This document shows, piece after piece, positions 13,297 to 28,005 of a stretch of 64,000 nt of DNA; the first letter of the stretch is position 1, and each line of letters starts with the position of its first letter. The DNA is from Thalia democratica (taxonomy: Eukaryota), in the NCBI GenBank assembly GCA_965202585.1, contig OZ241834.1, positions 9,982,001 through 10,046,000 on the forward strand, written 5' to 3'. A program made the translations under genes and the position numbers. The notes beneath the pieces are model-generated. The model was not told the DNA's origin, did no database searches, and saw only the letters and a list, made by a program, of their open reading frames with translations.

Positions 13297-16200
13297 AACA
13301 GACTAATTGCTTGTTTGCTTTGTTTTGTTGTTTTATTGTTAATACCTGCGAAAAGACGAAATGAAGTTGTTTAAGTCACCAGATTAATTATTCAATATTT
13401 GCGTCACTCTTGTAATGCGTGTGTGTGTATGGTTAAACCTTTTTATTTGTAAATAATGATTTTAACTGTCTTTTGTAATGACGTTGTTCGACGTAAAAAC
13501 AAGCCTTTACATAAGTTTTTATTTTTTTGTTTGTGTTAAGATAAAAAACACGATGCATTTTTTATTTAAAAATAATTTTTTGTTTTACTTATAAATCTAG
13601 TATAAAATCCATCTTTAAAGCAAGTATTTCAATTATTGCAGAAATATGAAAATTAAAAAAAAATTATTCAACTCTTATCGTCAAAAACACAAACTAATCT
13701 TAAAGTAATTTTTTTCTATTACTAACACTTCTAAAAACTAATAAAATAAGTCACTAAGTACTTTTTAAACTTGAAACTTTTTACTTTAAAAGAGCTTACT
13801 TCAATTAAAATTAGAACATTTTTAGTTGGTTGTTTTAAACTAAACAATAAATTTTATAGCAATCGTATTCAATTATCCAATTTTATAACTTGTGTTTATT
13901 ACCAAACAATATTACGACTCAATTTTTTTTTCTCTAAATTAATTAACTATTGAAACACTTTAAAATTTAATATTTTATTAGACCTAATTTATAGTTTTTA
14001 GAGTTAATTTTAGCTTTTAATAAAAGTTTAAATTTGTTGTTTTTTATTTTGTAAAGACAATCACCATTAATAAAAACTATTTGGTTTAGAAACTAACTTG
14101 CGAAATTTACAAAGCCTTTGCTAACTACTAAGTTATATATCTGATACAGTCAATTTTTAATAAAAATGTATTAAAAGTCTACTTAATTTTTTTTTCAATG
14201 ATAAACTCATCAAGTCAAAGTTTTTAAAAAAGGTTTAAAAACTATTATTACTTAAAATAAATTTAAATATTTGTTATATATTTCTAAACAAAACTACTTT
14301 TAAGCTTTCTAATAAAAAACTTACACAATGCTACGCTAAGATGTTTGTTTTTATATCTATTTTTTTAACAACTAATAATTATATTGATTCTCATTTAAAC
14401 AAAAGCTTAAATTTTAACTTTTTTAAATCTACAAAACTGTTTTCAGTGCAAATCCCACGAAATATTTTAATTTTAATTACGTATATCTGTTACTAGTTTT
14501 TACTTAACCTCAAATCATAAAACTTATACTATATGTGTTAGACCTAAAAGTTCTAAAACACACATTCTTTAACTTACTTCAAACTTATTTGTATTGTGAA
14601 TTTGAAATATTTTTAACTGAATGCAATAAAATATCTTAATCAAAACTTCAGTTTAATCCTTTTGATACTTGCTAAACAAAAATACCAGTAAGTTATACCA
14701 ACTGTATCACTTGAGTTTATAAAAGACTCAACAGTTCACCGATTTATTTATGAATTATTCAAAACCGTTTCAGCGGCCAAGCATCGGAAAGAGTTGAATC
14801 GTCCAGCTGCTGTTGTGACGTCATAATGCCTCCAATTCTGTCGTCGGCGGCAGGTGGGGGCCGGGCGAGTCAACAATCTTGTAGCAATTTGATTGTGACA
14901 TCACATTGAGCCGTTCACTGACATTGTCGCTTATTTCCTTGCAACTTGTTGCTACTAGAAGTTTTTTTTACCGCGTTGTACAGTAATTTTCAATTAGTTG
15001 TAAAATACAGTACATTTCTTCTTTCCAAACTTGTTTTAAACACTTTATTTGTTTTCATTGTAGTATATTCAAATATACTGTTTCTAAATTAAAACTTGAT
15101 TTTTTACAAAAGTCTAACTTCTTTTACGCTTTTTTTACAAAATTATATATATTTTTTATTTTTAACAAACAATTTAAAACATTTTAAAATTGAACTTGTA
15201 CAAAAAATTTTAAATAAACTACATAAAAACTTATCAATGATGCAAACAAAAATATTTAGATTGTATTTGTAGTAGAGCAACAATTTTGTAGTAGCTTGTA
15301 ACAGTTGTCAAAAAATATGATTGATGTGTTTCAAAAACTAGTTATGTACTTAAATCTGTTTTTCTTTGATCTTTTGTTCACGGCAATATTTGCTGAGATT
15401 GTTTTGAGTAATTATAAAAACTAACAATTTTTCTAAAAAATTCTAAAGTAATTCAATAACATTAAAATAAAAAATAAAAGTAAATAACGAAAAAATAAAT
15501 AAAAATTGAAATAATAGTCATGATTTTAATTAATTCTGTTGCAGCTGCAAAAAATTATACATAAAAGGTTTTTACTCTCAAAACAAAGCTTGAAATTTTG
15601 TCATGATAAACCAAACCACTGCATTGCAGAAGTCATGATGTTAATTACGTGTTTTTATTTAAAAGTTTTTCATACATATTTCAGTAGGTTTAACACTGTT
15701 AAAACCAACTGAAAATACTTCACAAGCCGTCTTACGAATACTTAAAAGTGAATTACTTGAGCTTAGACTATATATATATATTTGCGTGAGCAAAACGACC
15801 AAAATATATTGTGTACATTATTTTATAGATTTTTTTAATTCATGTGTCATAGTATGGTATTTAGTTCTATGTAACTTGTTAATATTTGATTCAGCCATTG
15901 TTAACCACACCTAAGGCTGTAAAAACAACACTAATTATTTTTAACAATGTATAGAAAAAAAAAACATCATTTTTTTATTTTTTTATTTATGCTTTATGTA
16001 AGTGTGTGTTGTTTCAATTCATTAAGAAAAATTATACGTATTAAAAAGTTTCTTTTAACTGTGTGTCATTTTTTTTAAGTTTTGAGTTTCAGATGTTGTT
16101 TAAAATATCATAGAAATTTTCACTTGTGTCAATACAACAACTGTCGTAACTAATAAGAAACAAAGTACTTTTTTAAATTCTTTTTTTAAGTTATTTTAAA

Positions 16201-19200
16201 GTTATTATTTTCATATACTGACATCAAAAATTAGTAGAACTTGCAAGTTAACAAAAAACTTACCAAAATAAAATTTGGTAAACTACGTAACTTATGATAA
16301 CATATCTTTAAACTATTACTTAAAATATTTGGCCATACCTAGATAATTTACTAAAAAATTTTAATAATGTACACTCACTGACACTAGATCTGCATTATAT
16401 AAGTATTCAAAAGATTGGAAAATAAACTAAAAATTAAAGTTTTTGGTTAAAATATCTTTTCTCTTTGCTTTTTAAAATTTTTGGTTGGTTTGCGTAAAAC
16501 ATTAAAAACAAAACTACTTCCGAAACCAATTATATTACGACCGGCTTCATTTTCAAAAATGAGCAGTTTTGAACTTCAAAACTTCAAAAAGCATCCGGTG
16601 CTGTGAAATTACTGTGCAGTTTTTACTGCTCTTCTCTCGTTTAACTACTCATTTTAACTGCTGACTCTCAATTTCTAAACAGTCGTGCGAAAGTTCATGC
16701 TGCCGATTTAGTTTCACTGTGAGACTCGAGTCCAGCAAAAGCAGTTAAGCAGGTAAACAAGAAAGTAACTGCTCAGTGCCAGTTGAGTTGTTTCACCAAC
16801 ACACTGCTTGCTTATCTCACAAACTGGTTTCGCTGCAGGCCGGTTATCAGCTGATTAATTTGCGAGAAAGTAGCAATTCTCAATCAAGTTCGAGATCTCG
16901 GTTAAAGTTCGAGCATCGAAAATCATGAAGTGTTGTTTGTGTTGAACAAGAAAAAAGCGTTATAAATTCTTTTTCAAACAACAAATCATTTTTCAAGCTT
17001 CAGATTTTTACTTTGAAGTTTGCTTTTATTCAATTTATTTAAAAATATATTCATCACTGTTTTAACTAGTAAATAGTTTTTTAAATTTTATCTTAATACT
17101 TTTATTCAATTTTTATAATTTATTCTTATGAATACAATAAAATGTTAATTATTATAAAATAATTGAAAAGTTTTATAGTATAAACATACTATACTTTAAT
17201 TTTTTCCTAAATATTATATATAATTTAAGATAATGACAAAAAGCTCCATCTAAAACTTTTTATTATGTTTGAGAAAATATGTTACGTAAAAAAACAAAGG
17301 TTTAGACACTTACTAATTAAAAAATATAATTATTGCATAATATATTATTTTAAATAGCTTTATTTTAAAATTTCTTACTGTTATTTAAGTAATCAGATTA
17401 AAAAAAGTTTTGTTTGAGTAATAAATCTAAAAAAAAGTTTTACTTAAATTGAATAAAGTTGACTTTTAAAAAAACCTATCTGTATAAAATAGAAAAAAAC
17501 TAAAAAACTTCTGAGCTTTTATTATCAAAAGCAGTTTTTTTTCTTTGGTTTAATTAAACGATTAACAAATATTTATTTAAGAGATAACTGCCGCAAATTT
17601 ATTTTTTACAAACAACACGGATTTAAAAAATAAACAATATGATAAACAATCAATTTTCTCATACTTTTCGAAAAGTTTCGATGAGTAAAATGTGTGGTAT
17701 AAGTTAATACAAAACCTTTGAACTGTTTAAAAAAATCTTATTTTAATTAAAAGTTTACTTGTACCGTTTACCTTCGTAAAAAAATATGATTATTTTTTTT
17801 ATAGGTAGATTCTCTTCAATTTTTTTACTATCACTAAAACATCTGCAACTATATATTTTTTCTTGTTTTTATTGTCTATTCTTTTTCAAACTCAAGTACA
17901 AACAAACTGCTCTTAGGACCTTTATAAACAAAAGACTTTCTGTATCAAGAGTGAAAACTTCAACTTAATTTAAGAAACAAAACAGTTTTGAGCCGATTTA
18001 AATCAGAGTCAATTGCCGAGTATTAGTAACAACAAAAAAGTTTGCTAAGTTCAAGTTAATTGTTTCACATTGGGATTTTCACTTGACTGTCACCAGAGTA
18101 AATTGCCAATGAACTAATCTCAATTCAGGCTTCTCACCGGCTAAAGAGAAACGAAAAACGCGTTACAGTTTTTTTCCGCTCCACCGGTTTCAACGACGCA
18201 AAAAGAGAGAGCGATGCTGGTGCTATTTTGACGTCATATCGCATTATCTTGCCGCCGCCAGAACAACGGTGGTTTTCAGTAAATAGCTATTCAGCCTACT
18301 TTTCTACCAATACTCAGTGTGCTCGTGCTTTTGCTGCTTGTGTAGATAACATAACATTATTTTAACGTTTTCTGTTGACAAAACCCTTGAAACTACTAGT
18401 CTGATAAGCTTAAGATTGTGTGTTTATTGCATACATTTTCCAAATTCTTAATAAGCCATAATCTGTTATTAATTTTACATTATAAAAAATATATTTTGTT
18501 TAAGCACGCTTATAACCAATCACGTTTTAAAGCTCGTGAATAAAATACGAAACATATTAAATAAAATTATAAAGATAAATAGACTAAAACAGTTTAAAAC
18601 ATGTTGTGCTACTTTCTAATTTATAAAAATAATTCTGTAATTAAAAACTTACATGAGTTCCTTATTTTTTGTGTAACATACTGTTATTGTTTTTCATAGT
18701 TATAATGTTTTATGTAATATCACAGGTAAAAGTCACATATTCTAATATTTATGAATATTTCTTCAATTTCGGTTTTAGCAAAAAAAAGATAGTAATAAAT
18801 TTGTTTAAATAGATGAAAAAGAATTGTTGCAATAAAAAAAAGTTCAAATAGTTAATCTGGCTTGCACAGGTTCCTACTTTAGAATTGGATTGTGCACTGA
18901 AATTTAAAATACTGTAATTAACTATTTAAAATAATTTGAGCTTTGACTAATAGCTCAACACAATGGATTTTAAAATTCAGTCTTAAGAAACAAGATTTTA
19001 AAAAAATTTTAGAATAAAAGTATATTTTCAGTTTGTCAGTCTAATTAATAATAGATAAAAAAAAGCAAGCTATTTGACTTGGCTATTTATAAGTAAATAA
19101 TACTTCATAATTTTTCTACAACATTATTTTATTAAAATGCAAGGGCAAACAAAACTACTAGACCAAAAAATATTATTTTTTTTCAACCACCAAGACTTCT

Positions 19201-22200
19201 TTCTGTTAATCGTCGGCTGCACTATATTTGTTTTCATTAGCTCACAGTAACAAAAAAGCTATAAACAAAATGCAGACACAACTGACACCTCCAGTTAACC
19301 TCCCAGCAAACTGTGTGTATTTTGTGCAGCAAAATCAACCCTCTCAAAAGGTCACTTTGAAGGAGCAAGTAGTTAAGATAAGCTGCGAACGGAGAACGGG
19401 TTGTAATTATCTTTTTATCGCCGGAATTTTTTGGTATTTTTAGCAGTATTAAGTGTCATTAATGCGTCAATTGAAGGCAAATAACCGGAACGAGATGGGC
19501 TTCAACCACTAAGCAGCCGTCGTCTTACAATAACAAGCAACAAATACTGGAGGAAGAAGAGAAATTAAAAATCCTGCTAGATTCAATAATTCGTGATTTT
19601 GTCGCGCCTTTTTGTTAATTAGCGCTCAAGTGGCAGCAATCAATGTCACTCATCTCAAACTGTGAATTATCGGGAGTTTTGAGGTATTTGCTGTCATGTT
19701 TCTCTTAATCCAAGGAGAGTAGGGTTTTAAACTATTATATAGATTTACACTTGTACGAAATTTAAAACCACTCAAAACAACTTTCTGACAAGATTAAAAA
19801 CTAATTGAAAATTTGTCATATGGATGGTTATGAAAAAGTGAAAACTAAAAAGGAATTTACATAAGTTTATAGTAAACTACAGATAGTTGCAATGAATAAA
19901 CAACAAAAAAAATTTTTCTAATATTTAGTTATATCATATTCTATGTTAATATTTTAAAATTAGTTAAAACACTTATTTTGTAAGAAAGTAAAAAAGTCTA
20001 AGGTAATTTATACTAATCTCCTTCCTGTTAAAATTATTGATTTAATAAAATATATAAAATTTGAAAATAGAATATACTTTTAGAGCAAATTTTTATACCG
20101 TCAATTGTTTGTAAGTTTGTATTTAACAATTGATTTTTTTATTTAGTTGTAGCTTTTAATAAAAAACTAATATCAAAAGAAAATACTTACTAGTTGTTAA
20201 TTGTATAACCATTATTAAGCTATAAAACGATTTATTGTAAGTTTATCTAACTATTTGTTTTTTCTTACTTTAATGTTAATTAAATAAAGTGTCCGTTAAA
20301 AAAACTGAAATACTTCGTAAGTCTTAGTTTACGCTTTGATTTTATTCTGCTGCAAACATTGCAAATTTTGCAAATCATTTACTTGTAATTACTCCTGTAA
20401 GAACGGAAATCAAATACAGTTTTCAAAATTTTTTAAAAAGGTAATTTGTGACCAGGTTACAATTCAATTAAAAAAAAAAAGGCTAAGCTTCTTTTACTTT
20501 AAAAATAAGAAACTTTAGAGCTATCTTTATGCTATCAACAAGCTAGAAGATGTTTTAAAATCTTAAATGCCTTAAATTATTAATGTGTATTATTTGTAGA
20601 AAAGATTATCATTACTTTTTAATATTAGTATATGTTAATTATTTATATCTGGTATAAGTTGTTTAAAAGCTTGTTAAGTTATATTCATTTTTACTTATTA
20701 TTTGCACAAAAACCAAATGTTTATTTGTTCATTTTAATTAGTAGCTCTAATTTAATTACTAAGCAAAATTTTATTTCATAATCTATAATTAGCATAATTA
20801 AAGAAGAGTTAAAGTGTTTCAAGTAGATTTTGTATTTATAAAACAATAAGTTCTTATAGTAAACAACTTTAGCTGTACTTATAAACAAATTTTTGGCAAG
20901 TCTCATAACTTTTTTAAGTATCAACAATTTTGGGTAAAAAACAAAGTTCAAAATACAATATATTAAAACAAAAACTAAATAACTTAACCAATTGAAAATA
21001 TAGCAGTCTTCAATTAAAAACGCAATTATCTAGTTTCTTCAATACCAACTTTATGTGCGTTTAAATTTATTTTAAACTAATAATCATCGTTGTTTACTTA
21101 GTAAAATTTAAAAAAATACGTTCAACAATAAATGTTTAATACAAAAACTTATTTACGACCCACACTTAGTGAAGACCATTAAGGTTTAATAAATGGGAAG
21201 TAATAAAAAGTAAGCATTTTCTAGCTAGGTTCAAGTATTTACCTATTAGGCTGTTTGGAAAAGAAAAAAACTTTTTTGTTTCATTGGAAAACAGAAAGTT
21301 GTCTTTGATGGCGCCTAGGAAGCGATAGTTAATCTTTATTATTGGTGATGTCAATCTTAGAAATTTTAAAAAGATAAAACCAAAATTAAGAGTTAAAAAT
21401 ATTTAAGAAGGAGTAATGCTAGCTATAACTAGAAGTTAATTATGACAAAAAAATGTATAACTTCAAGGTTAATTTAAACAATAAAAATACTATGTTTTTT
21501 CTAATTTATTTTCGCTAATTTCATGTTAAAAACAAGTAGTTGACTAATAACTCTCAAGAGTTTCAGATAAAGTTTTCAAAATAAAATGTTTCTGAGTTTA
21601 ACAATTACTTTTTGTATCGATTAATAAATTTCAAAATTAATGAAATTAATCGTTTTGTGATAAACTTTAAAATATAAGAATGATGTGAAGTTAATTAGTA
21701 GTTTTTTTGGCAAAAAATTATAGTTATAAAAAATTTAAAATTGATAAAATTTTACTACTCAAGTTCAACTTCACACCTTATATACTAAAAGTTCATTCTT
21801 AATATTAGTATAACAAAATCATACAAATCACTAACGTATATTTTAATAATTCGTATTATTCAATTTCGTTAAAAACAACTTTTATTTTTACTAAATTATC
21901 AACAGTTTTCTAGGGATGTTTTCGAAAAATAGTGTGTTAAACTTTCATAGAACAAACATAGTATTAATCATTATAACAAGGAATATTTTTAAATAATTGT
22001 TTTAAGAAACAAACAAAATAAAGCATCAAGTCAACTAACAGCAAATCATGCTTTTACAAAAGTCGTTATGCAAACGCAATAAGTATGTAAAGCATACAGA
22101 GCGTAATTTCAACTTGTATCAAGTTCAATATTCAAATTCGTGCTGTGAACTCATGCTAACGAAGGGAAAGTTCACTGATTGGAATTTTTGTTGATACACA

Positions 22201-22322
22201 ATCTTGTCACGACTTGAGTCGTTCAAGTTGACTACTTAGAAGCTGTCTGTGCTTTTGCTACTTATTATGCTGGGTTTAAACTGTTTTTGAAAAAAAAGTC
22301 TGAAGTTTTAATGAATTTTTAT

Positions 22323-22690
22323 TTTCAATTAATACTTGATATAAATAAAATACACTTTTTATATGACTCTTAATTTAGATATACAAACACAATCTTTGAA
22401 AATATGTTTCTAATTAAAAAGTAAAAATTAAACTCTAAAGTTGAATGAAATCATTTGATCATTTCTAAAGAATTGAAAATATCAGGAAAAAATTACTAAA
22501 GTAAATAAGTTTTTTATCTCAAGTTTTTATAACTGGTACTTGATATAAATAAAGTATAATATATAACTCTTAATTTAGCTGTAAAAACACAGACTTTGAA
22601 AAAAAAAAATTTAAGTTAAAAGTAAAAATGTTATTCATTAGTTGACTGAAATAATTTAATCATTTCTAACCAATTTAAAATTTAGCAAAA
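22323..22690. repeat. Diverged tandem duplication, period about 205 bp
   Basis: tacttgatataaataaa...actcttaatttag...tcatttctaa occurs twice (about 22332 and 22537). Confidence 0.6.
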
Positions 22691-25344
22691 TAAATGTTAA
22701 AATGAATTAGTAATTGTATATATTTAAATGTTATCATGTGGCCTTACTGTTATTTTAACTACAACTTTGATAACAAAAGGACATTCACAATACAAAAAGA
22801 AATATTGGCAGGTGCATGGAAATATTCGTAATTCCAATATTCATTGCGCTAAGGCTAATGTCAAAATTTATAACATGCGTTTGAAACTTACACGGATGTT
22901 CTATTATGACGTAATTTGGGGATTACGTAGAGCTTCTAGTTATATAGTTTTTGTTGTTGTTTAGTTTAGCTTTCACAAAAATAATGGGATTTGTTTTATT
23001 TGACAAATTGTAACTGGATTTGGTTGTGCTAACTTTAAAGTCGAATGGAAAGAAATATTTTGATTAGTTGACTACTAACTAGCTCGTAAAGTAGTTTTAT
23101 AAAAATAAGTTTTACTTAAAAATTTTTAAAGTATTATCAACTATATACTGTTCGTACTATTTGTTTCCAACAACATATTCAGAACTATAGATAGAAGTCA
23201 AATGTTGCAGTATAACATAAACAAGTTTGTCACACGGCACACTTCAACAACCTCAACTGTTCACATCTATCTTCTAATTTAAAGCGAAATGAAACCCGAT
23301 TCAAAAACTTCAATCACTACAGAGTCCGATACGTTAATAACATGGTCATTTTCGTCTCTGTGGGAAATATGACCCTGCCATTTTTTATTTGCTTATATTC
23401 GCTTGATTGCATTGACTTCTCTTCGTCCTGCTGCTCATACGCAGTTTTCTACTTCAATTACTTTTTATTTAAACATTCAACTCAAATCATATCGCTGAAA
23501 AACTAGTTTGGCATTTGAATTCACAATTCAAAACAAAATAATTGAATCTATTTGGCTAAATTTTTAAAATCAATCAATTGAAACTTGATTGATACAATTT
23601 TGAATTGTAGTACCATTAATCGTTTGGATGTGTTTACAAAAACAAGCGCCTAACATTGTTTCTTGTTCACAATCCCCTTTTTTTCTCCCATGAAGAGGCT
23701 TAGCGCGTTTTCTAAACACCAATAAGTTAGCGCAGAAAAAAAAAAACTTATAACAAAAACTCTCGGGTTAGAATGTTTGCCCAACGACTAGCTGTCACGC
23801 ACGCCAGTTGGCAAATAAGCAGTCTGTATTATTATAAGTCCACAAAATTCCGCCTTTAATCCTAGCACCAGAGAATTCAAGCGATTTGTGTAGTGCTTCC
23901 GCGACACCTCTGCTTTTGTCAGTCGCCTTTTTGTTTGCCAGTTTACACAAGATGTGAATAAAGCGACGGGGATTTGAATAAACAATGAATGACAAAATGC
24001 GTTGTAAAGCGTTTTTAAGACTCTTGTTTTTGTTCCCACGCGTGCAGTGAAGCTGTTGTAAAAAAAACAATAAAGAAAAATAATTAAAAGTCATAACATA
24101 AAATATTGCAACATTGTTTAAAATATGTTTGAAATGTTTGTGACGTAAAAATTTATAAGTTTAAGTTATATGAGCAGCAGTAATTGTTTTTTAGTAGTTG
24201 AAACTTTACAAATAAAAATATTCACAAATACATGCAGACTTTGAATATAGGACTACCTTAAATACTTGCTTTAAATTAAGTAGTACTTTCAAGAAATATT
24301 TTTTCAATAGTCTTTTTTTTCATGTGAAATCTATAGTCTACTTCATCAAGTAAAACAAAAATGACTTGTGTAATATATTGCAACAAACATTATATATATT
24401 TTATATTAAGTAAACATTAAATGGTTTGCAACCAGCTAGTTTTATTAAAGTTAACTTTTTGGACGGCTGCATGTATACTTTTATTTTTAAAATATGAGTA
24501 AATTATTTGAAGCAGCATGATATTTTAGCATCGTTTTTAAATATTTGTTGTGATTTTTTTATAAAAGAAATATCTTAAACTTATATTTACGTAATAAACT
24601 TTAACATAATAAGTTTTAAACTTTTAGAATTATTTTTAACAACAGTTTTATTCTTCAACAGTTGTTCCAAGTAGTTTAGAACAAATATAACTTTTAAATA
24701 GAACTGTTGGAATGTGTAGGACAACAATTCTTTGTTTAGAAACATTTTGAGACAAACAAGGCTTTTTTGTATTAATGTATCCAGAATTTATACTTTAAAA
24801 CCTTTAAAATTTAACACCAAAGTTAATTTTTAATCAAAATAATGCAAACATTGCATATTTTTTGCCTCTGCAATATATATATTTTTTTTAAGTTATTGTC
24901 TTCTTTATTTTAAATATAACGAAAATCGAATATACGGTCTTGTTTAAAGTTTGTAACACATTTCTATACAAGTAAAAGTACTTTTCGAAAACAACATTTA
25001 CATGACGTATAGTTCTGTAATAAGTTTATAGTTGTACAAGAAAAATACTGTTGAATCTAAACTACTTTGGTAAAAAGTTTAGTTTAAGTATTAAAAAAAA
25101 AAGCATAGCTTTTTCAAGATAATTTTACACGCACTAGAGAGCATAAAAATGAACACATCATATGTTTTAAGATATATTGCTACAAGTTGCAAACCTTAAC
25201 AATGAAAGTTTCTTTTCATGATTTAATAAACTAACAGGTAAAAACTTTTTGAAATTATTACTTAAATAAATTTAAGAGCACTAATCTTTTAGGTCACTCT
25301 GTATCAACAGCGTACTTTTAATATGTTAAAAGCAAAAATAGTAT

Positions 25345-27330
25345 CATTTAAAACTTAATAAAATAAAACTAAATTACTGAAAACTCTTGTGTTGTGATTT
25401 AAAGTTTAAATGGTTAAGACAAAACATTTATACTTTAAAAAGAATATGTTGTAAAATTATTATTTCAAACAATGAACAAATGCAACTAAAAACTTATTTG
25501 TGAAAGTCGGAAAATGCAAACACTTTTAAATTTTTTTTTTTTCTTAACCTTGAGTTATTTAAATAAGGTTACGAAATCAACGTAGTTTAAATTGTGGCTT
25601 CACGACAGAATATTATTTTTGTTAAATAAATAAAATTAAGACCAGCAATTCCTAGCCTCAGTTGAACCTGTGATATATTAACTGCGTTAAAGCTAAACTA
25701 CTTTTCAAAAGGCAAAAACCAAACACTAGACAATTGATTATAATTTCACAATGAGCTTGTCAAAAAAGGGCTGTTAGATTGACGGTTTTATTTAAAGTTT
25801 ACTTACAAAGTCGTTTAAATTCATACGAAAATTTCCTACTATTTTACTTGTGTTTACTCTCTTCAAGACTTCAAATATTTTTAGTTAAATAACCTAGCAA
25901 TTTGAATCTATAATTACATTTAAGTTATAGTTAAAAAATATTTTTTTCTTTATTTTATAATTTTATGGGTTTTATTACAATGCTCAAATTAAACACACAG
26001 CAAGTTTAAACGAGTTTCATGAGTTTTACAGTATAATTAATAAGGTTCGACTATTAGTTTCTTCGCGACAGAATATTTCTTGTTGGCTTCGCGACAGAAT
26101 ATTTCTTTGTCAAATAAATAAAACTAAGACCAGTAATTCCTGACCTCAGTTGCCCTGTGATAAAAGTGATTGTGTTAAAGATAAACAACTTTTCAAAATG
26201 CAAAAACCAAACATTATAATTTCACAATGAGCTTGTCACAAAAGGGCTCTAGGATTGACGGTTTTATTTAAAGTTTACTCGTACAGTCGTTTAAGTTTCA
26301 TAAGAAAACTTCCTACTATTTTACTTATGTTGTTTGTATCTACTCTTTTCAAAACTTTTAAAAATTTTAGTTAAATAACCTAGAAACTAGTATGTATTAC
26401 TGCTTTTAACTTTAAATTGAACAAATATTTAGTTATTTATTTGATTTTTTTATGAGTTTTATTACAATACTTAAATTAAACACACAGCAAGTTTAAACAA
26501 GTTTTATGAGTTTCACAGTATAATTAATAAGGTTCGACAACTAGTTTTTTTGTGTTTGTTTTATAATAATGTAAATTTATAGTTTTAATTGCTTAAGGTT
26601 TACAAAAAAAAATAGACTAAAAGTTTTATTTGAACTATTGAGCTAAAAAACATGAAAGAATATATTTTACAAAAGTTCTGAGATTAATATAAAATTAATT
26701 TAGTAGACTTTAGGTCAGGGTTTTCGAAGGTGGAACGAAGTAGCCCCCTTGGGGGCTTTAAGCAGCAAAGAGGCTACAGGAGAGCCATAAGTTAATGATT
26801 TGAAACTTACACTAGATACTCTGGAGTTGATGATGAACAGCAAAAAAAGGGTTGAAGGTGATTAGTGATAGTTTTTGAGAAATTTTGTCGGAGGGAAATA
26901 TTAGTTAAAATATCAAATTTAGGTTTACACTTAAATTTAGTATAAATAAATTCAGTTTACAGGTTTTTACACTTTTATTTCTATGTTTAGATTCTAAGAT
27001 CAAGATTACTTAACTTTATTGATCGGTAAACTTTTTAAACTTAAGACAACATACTAACAAAATAAATTTTCTTGACATATAAGTTTGAACTTAATCAATA
27101 TCAAATTTTCTATTTGAATAAGATTTACAATTTGAAAATCCACTCTGCGGTGAAACTGAGTAATTGCTTTTTTCTCTAAAATAATAAATTATTAATTATC
27201 AATCTCCTATTAGTGGATAGATTACTATGTCCTATTTATTTGTTCTAAACTCTATAGTTAAATATCAAAATTTATACTGTTTAAGCATGTTAATACTTTT
27301 TCAATCAACTTAAAAAAATATTAAGTACTA
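25345..27330. repeat. Copy 2 of the 1-1440 repeat, with an internal 488-bp tandem duplication and a short insertion near 26715-26930
   Basis: The taagaccag block recurs with accag at 25641 and 26129; aaggttcgac occurs at about 26042 and 26531. Confidence 0.75.
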
Positions 27331-27601
27331 AGATATTATTTTAGAAAGTATTAATAATAGTATTTTTTATTAAACGATAAAAAAAGCGCTTAAAAAGTTC
27401 GGTTTAAGAACCTGGTACGAAAAAATCTTTCTGTCATCGAATCGTACACCACATGCTTTATTAATTGATATTATTATTATAGTTTAACATCACTTTTTAA
27501 TTCTTTAGGTAAATAGTTTTGTGATTAATGTACAAAAAAAATAGTATATACTAAAAATTTCAGAATTTAAAAACTGAATATAAGTTTAACTATTTTATTG
27601 A

Positions 27602-28005
27602 AGGGTGTAATTTTTGCACAAACGGACACTTTTACACGAGTACGTTTTTGCACGGCGTCACTTTTACACGCAGGGTCACTTTTGCACGGTGTCACTTTTG
27701 CACTGAAAGAGGTAAACACCCGCGTTAAGCTTGCACTCACGTAAAGTACGCACCCGCGAAAAAATACATTATAATATTTTTCTGTTTCGTTTATTTCAAG
27801 AGATAGTGCGTACTTTACACGTACTTAAGGCGTAACAAACGCGGTTGCGTATCTCTTTAAGCACGTACTTTGTACAAAAGTGACGCCGTGCAAAAGAGTC
27901 GCCGTGTACAAGTGAGCCCTCTTGCAAAAAAGGCGCCGTGCAAAATTTTCCACTCGTGCAAAAGTGACCCTTTGTACAAAAGTGTCCTTGTGCAAAAGTG
28001 ATCCG
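27602..28005. mobile_element. Foldback-like palindromic MITE with about 18-bp subterminal repeats (cacttttgcacg)
   Basis: Left end carries tandem cactttt(g/a)cacg units, right end carries their reverse complements (gtgcaaaagtg), and there is an inner inverted repeat gtaaagtacgcac / gtgcgtactttac. TSD and superfamily not resolved. Confidence 0.75.

Noticed and set aside
23788-24094. Overlapping minus-strand ORFs of 83 and 99 aa
   Set aside because: No splice-compatible context or recognisable protein; treated as a regulatory island.
26718-26930. hAT-like MITE starting CAGGGTTTTCGAAG
   Set aside because: No matching right TIR or 8-bp TSD found.
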